In this document: piece by piece, positions 61,201-64,000 of the stretch | How the letters are laid out: every line of letters starts with the position of its first letter | How positions within the stretch are numbered: position 1 is the stretch's first letter | DNA from: Pristiophorus japonicus | Taxonomy: Eukaryota | DNA length: 64,000 nt | Reading direction: 5' to 3' | Assembly (NCBI RefSeq): GCF_044704955.1 | Contig: NC_091995.1 | Coordinates: 9,300,001-9,364,000, forward strand | The notes under the pieces: model-generated | Databases searched by the model: none | What the model saw: the letters and a program-made list of their open reading frames with translations, nothing else | What the model was told of the DNA's origin: nothing | Program-made: the position numbers and the translations under genes

Positions 61201-61326
61201 TTAAAAAGTACTTGGCTGTGCACTTGAAGTGCCGCAACCCACAGGGCCACGGACGGAGAGCCCCGCCTGCCGGCACGGACACAATGGGCCAAAACGGCCT
61301 CCTTCCGTGCTGCAAATTTCGATGAT
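61201..61326 (+). mobile_element. Short 3' end of a different CR1 subfamily, fused head-to-head to the 59831-61200 CR1
   Basis: Aligns by eye to the reverse complement of the CR1 3' end at 3005-3150, with an internal deletion; ends in the tail-like TTTCGATGAT. Confidence 0.75.
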
Positions 61327-64000
61327 CCTATGAAGAACTGTGTACGCTGGTCCGGGAGCACCTAAATCCTAAGGAAAGCATTTTGATGGCGAGATATTGG
61401 TTCTACACGTGTCAACGATCAGAGGGCCAGGAAGTGGCGAGCTACTTCGTCGAACTAAGGCAACTTGCAGGACATTGTGAGTTTGAGGGATTTCTAGAAC
61501 AAATGCTCAGAGACTTTTTTGTACTGGGCATCGGACATGAGACAATCCTTTGCAAACTGTTGACTGTAAAAACTCCGAATCTGAGCAAAGCCATAACGAT
61601 AGACCAAGCATTTATGTTCACCAGTGACAACACCAAGCAAATTTCGCAGAACAAGGAAGTTTCGGCCAGTACTGTGCATAAAGTAATGTCGGCTTTGAGC
61701 AGAAATGTACAGGGCAGAATGTACATGCCGGCTGCTGTGGCCCGAATTCAATTGACCCAGAGTCCGCCATCATCTGTTAATGCAAGGCAGTTAACACCCT
61801 GTTGGCGCTGTGGGGGTGATCATCGGCCCCATCAATGCCGCTTTATGCCGCTATGCGTGCAATGGCTGCAGAACAATGGGACACCTCCAACGAATGTGAA
61901 GGAGAGCTGCAAACCACCACATTGCAGAGGAAGATCGGTCCACAGTGGAATTGGAGGAGGCAGAAGTATACGGGGTACACACGTTCATGACGAAATGCCC
62001 ACCAATAATGTTGAAAGTTGAACTGAATGGTATTCCAGTGTCTATGGAGCTGGACACGGGGGCAAGTCAGTCCATAATGAGTAAAACGGCCTTCGACAGG
62101 CTGTGGGGGAAGAAGGCACACAGGCCCAAGCTCAGCCTCATTCACACAAAGTTAAGGACTTATACAAAGGAACTAATCCTGGTAATTGACAGTGCTGAAG
62201 TCAAAGTCTCCTATGATGGAGCAGTACACAAACTCCCGCTATGGATTGTGCCAGGGGATAGTTATTTGGCAGAAGCTGGCTGGGGAAAATCCGCTGGAAC
62301 TGGGACGACATCCGAGCGCCTTCGTCCGTTGACAACACCGCATGTATCCAAGTTCTGAGCAAGTTCCCATCGTTATTCGAGCCAGGCATTGGAAGTTTCT
62401 CGAGGGCGAAAGTGCAGATCCATTTGGTTCCCCGTACATGACCCATCCACCACAAGGCTCGGACGGTACATGATGCGTGAAAAAATGGAAATCGAGCTGG
62501 ACAGACTGCAATGCAAGGGCATCATCACGCCGGTGGAGTTCAATGACTGGGCCAGTCCGATTGTTCCGGTACTCAAGGAGGACGTTACAGTTAGAATTTG
62601 CAGTGACTATAAAGTAACAATTAACCGTTTTTCGCTGCAGGACCAATACCCGCTACCCAAGGCAGACGACCTATTTGCAACCCTGGCTGGAGGGAAGACG
62701 TTCACCAAGCTGGACCTGACCTCGGCCTACATGACACAGGAGCTGGAGGAGTCTTCGAAAGGCCTCACCTGCATCAACATGCACAAAGGTCTATTTATTT
62801 ACAACCAGTGTCCGTTCAGGATTCGGTCGGCTGGGCTGCAGCGATCTTCCAGCAAAACATGGAAAGCCTGCTAAAGTCGGTCCTTTGTACAGTGGTCTTC
62901 CGAGACGACATATTGGTTACAGGTCGGGACACCATGGAGCACTTGAAGAACCTGGAGGAGGTTCTTAGTCGGTTGGATCGCATGGGGCTCAGGTTGAAAC
63001 ACTCAAAGTGTGTTTTCCTGGCACAGGACGTTGAATTCTTAGGAAGAAGGATCGCAGCAGATGGCATCAGACCCACCGACGCCAAGACGGAGGTCATCAA
63101 GAACACGCCGCGATCACAGAACGTGACAGAGCTGCGGGCGTTTCTGGGACTCCTTAACTACTTCGGTAATTTCCTACCTGGGTTAGGCACCCTGCCAGAA
63201 CCCCGCATGAGCTACTGCACAAGGGAGACGACTGGGTATGGGAGAATTCACAAGATGCTGCCTTTAAGAAAGCCAGAACTTTACTGTGTTCTAACAAACT
63301 GCTTGTCCTGTATAACCCATGTAAATGACTCGTGTTAGCTTGCGATGCGTTGTCATATGGGGTCGGGTGTGTGTTACAACAGGCTAATGAATCGGGAATT
63401 TTGCAACCGGTTGCGTATGCATCCAGGAGTTTGTCCAAGGCCAAAGGGGCCTACAGCATAGTTGAAAAAGAGGCTCTGGCGTGCGTTTACAGTGTAAAGA
63501 AAATGCACCAGTACTTGTTTGGCCTCAAGTTCGAACTTGAAACAGACCACAAGCCGCTCATATCGCTATTCTTGGAGAGCAAAGGGATCAATACCAATGC
63601 CTCTGCCCACATCCAAAGATGGGCGCTCATGCTGTCGGCATACAACTATGCAATTTGTCACAGACCGGGCACAGAGAACTGCACAGAATGCGCTCAGTCG
63701 GCTACCGTTGCCCACCACCGGGTGGAAATTGCACAGCCAGCGGACTTGCTTATGGTCATGGAGGCATTCGAGAACGAGAAATCCCTGTTACGGCCCGCCA
63801 GATCAGGACCTGGACCAGGCAGGATCCTTTACTGGCCCTGGTAAAAAACTGTGTTCGCCATCGGAGCTGGTCCAATGTCCTAGTGGAGATGCAGGAAGTG
63901 ATTAAGCCATTCCACAGACGCAAAGGTGAGCTGTCCCTGCCGGCGGACTGTCTTTTGTGGGGCAATCGTGTGGTCTTGCCCAAGAAAGGCAGAGACACAT

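Larger units (their letters stand above)
59380..64000 (+). mobile_element. Gypsy (Mag-like) LTR retrotransposon, 5' LTR 59380-59586, runs off the window; gag interrupted by CR1 sequences
   Basis: TGCTATG..AGAACA LTR, PBS-like TGGCAATAAG, gag MQRTVGILEKFSEGDDW, protease LDTGAS, RT FRDD and RNase H fragments. Confidence 0.93.

Overview
Vertebrate genomic DNA, most likely a shark or other cartilaginous fish (inferred from the CR1/L2/RTE/Penelope/DeuSINE repeat content), and heavily transposon-derived. I could reconstruct two complete protein-coding genes on the minus strand with canonical GT-AG junctions and consistent phases. NEU1 (lysosomal sialidase-1) has 6 exons, 59092->43295, 397 aa. ATP6V1G2 (V-ATPase subunit G2) has 3 exons, 38514->21651, 118 aa. 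An orphan CpG-island promoter with a non-coding first exon at ~6380-6860 points out of the window; by mammalian synteny the candidate is DDX39B. All three are MHC class III-region genes in mammals, so this is probably part of the shark MHC. The rest is deeply nested TEs: three decayed Mag-like Gypsy elements (two complete with LTR pairs and 5-bp TSDs, one cut by the window end), an older rearranged Gypsy derivative, a solo LTR, many CR1 copies including a young subfamily, RTE, L2, Tx1, Penelope fold-back fragments (one with a minimal hammerhead motif), DeuSINE-like SINEs and Harbinger-like MITEs. I found no convincing new multi-gene system. The most unusual signals are mechanistic scars: a template-switch hairpin in one LTR, a CR1 insertion with 3' tails at both ends, a four-level TE nest, and fold-back patchwork DNA.
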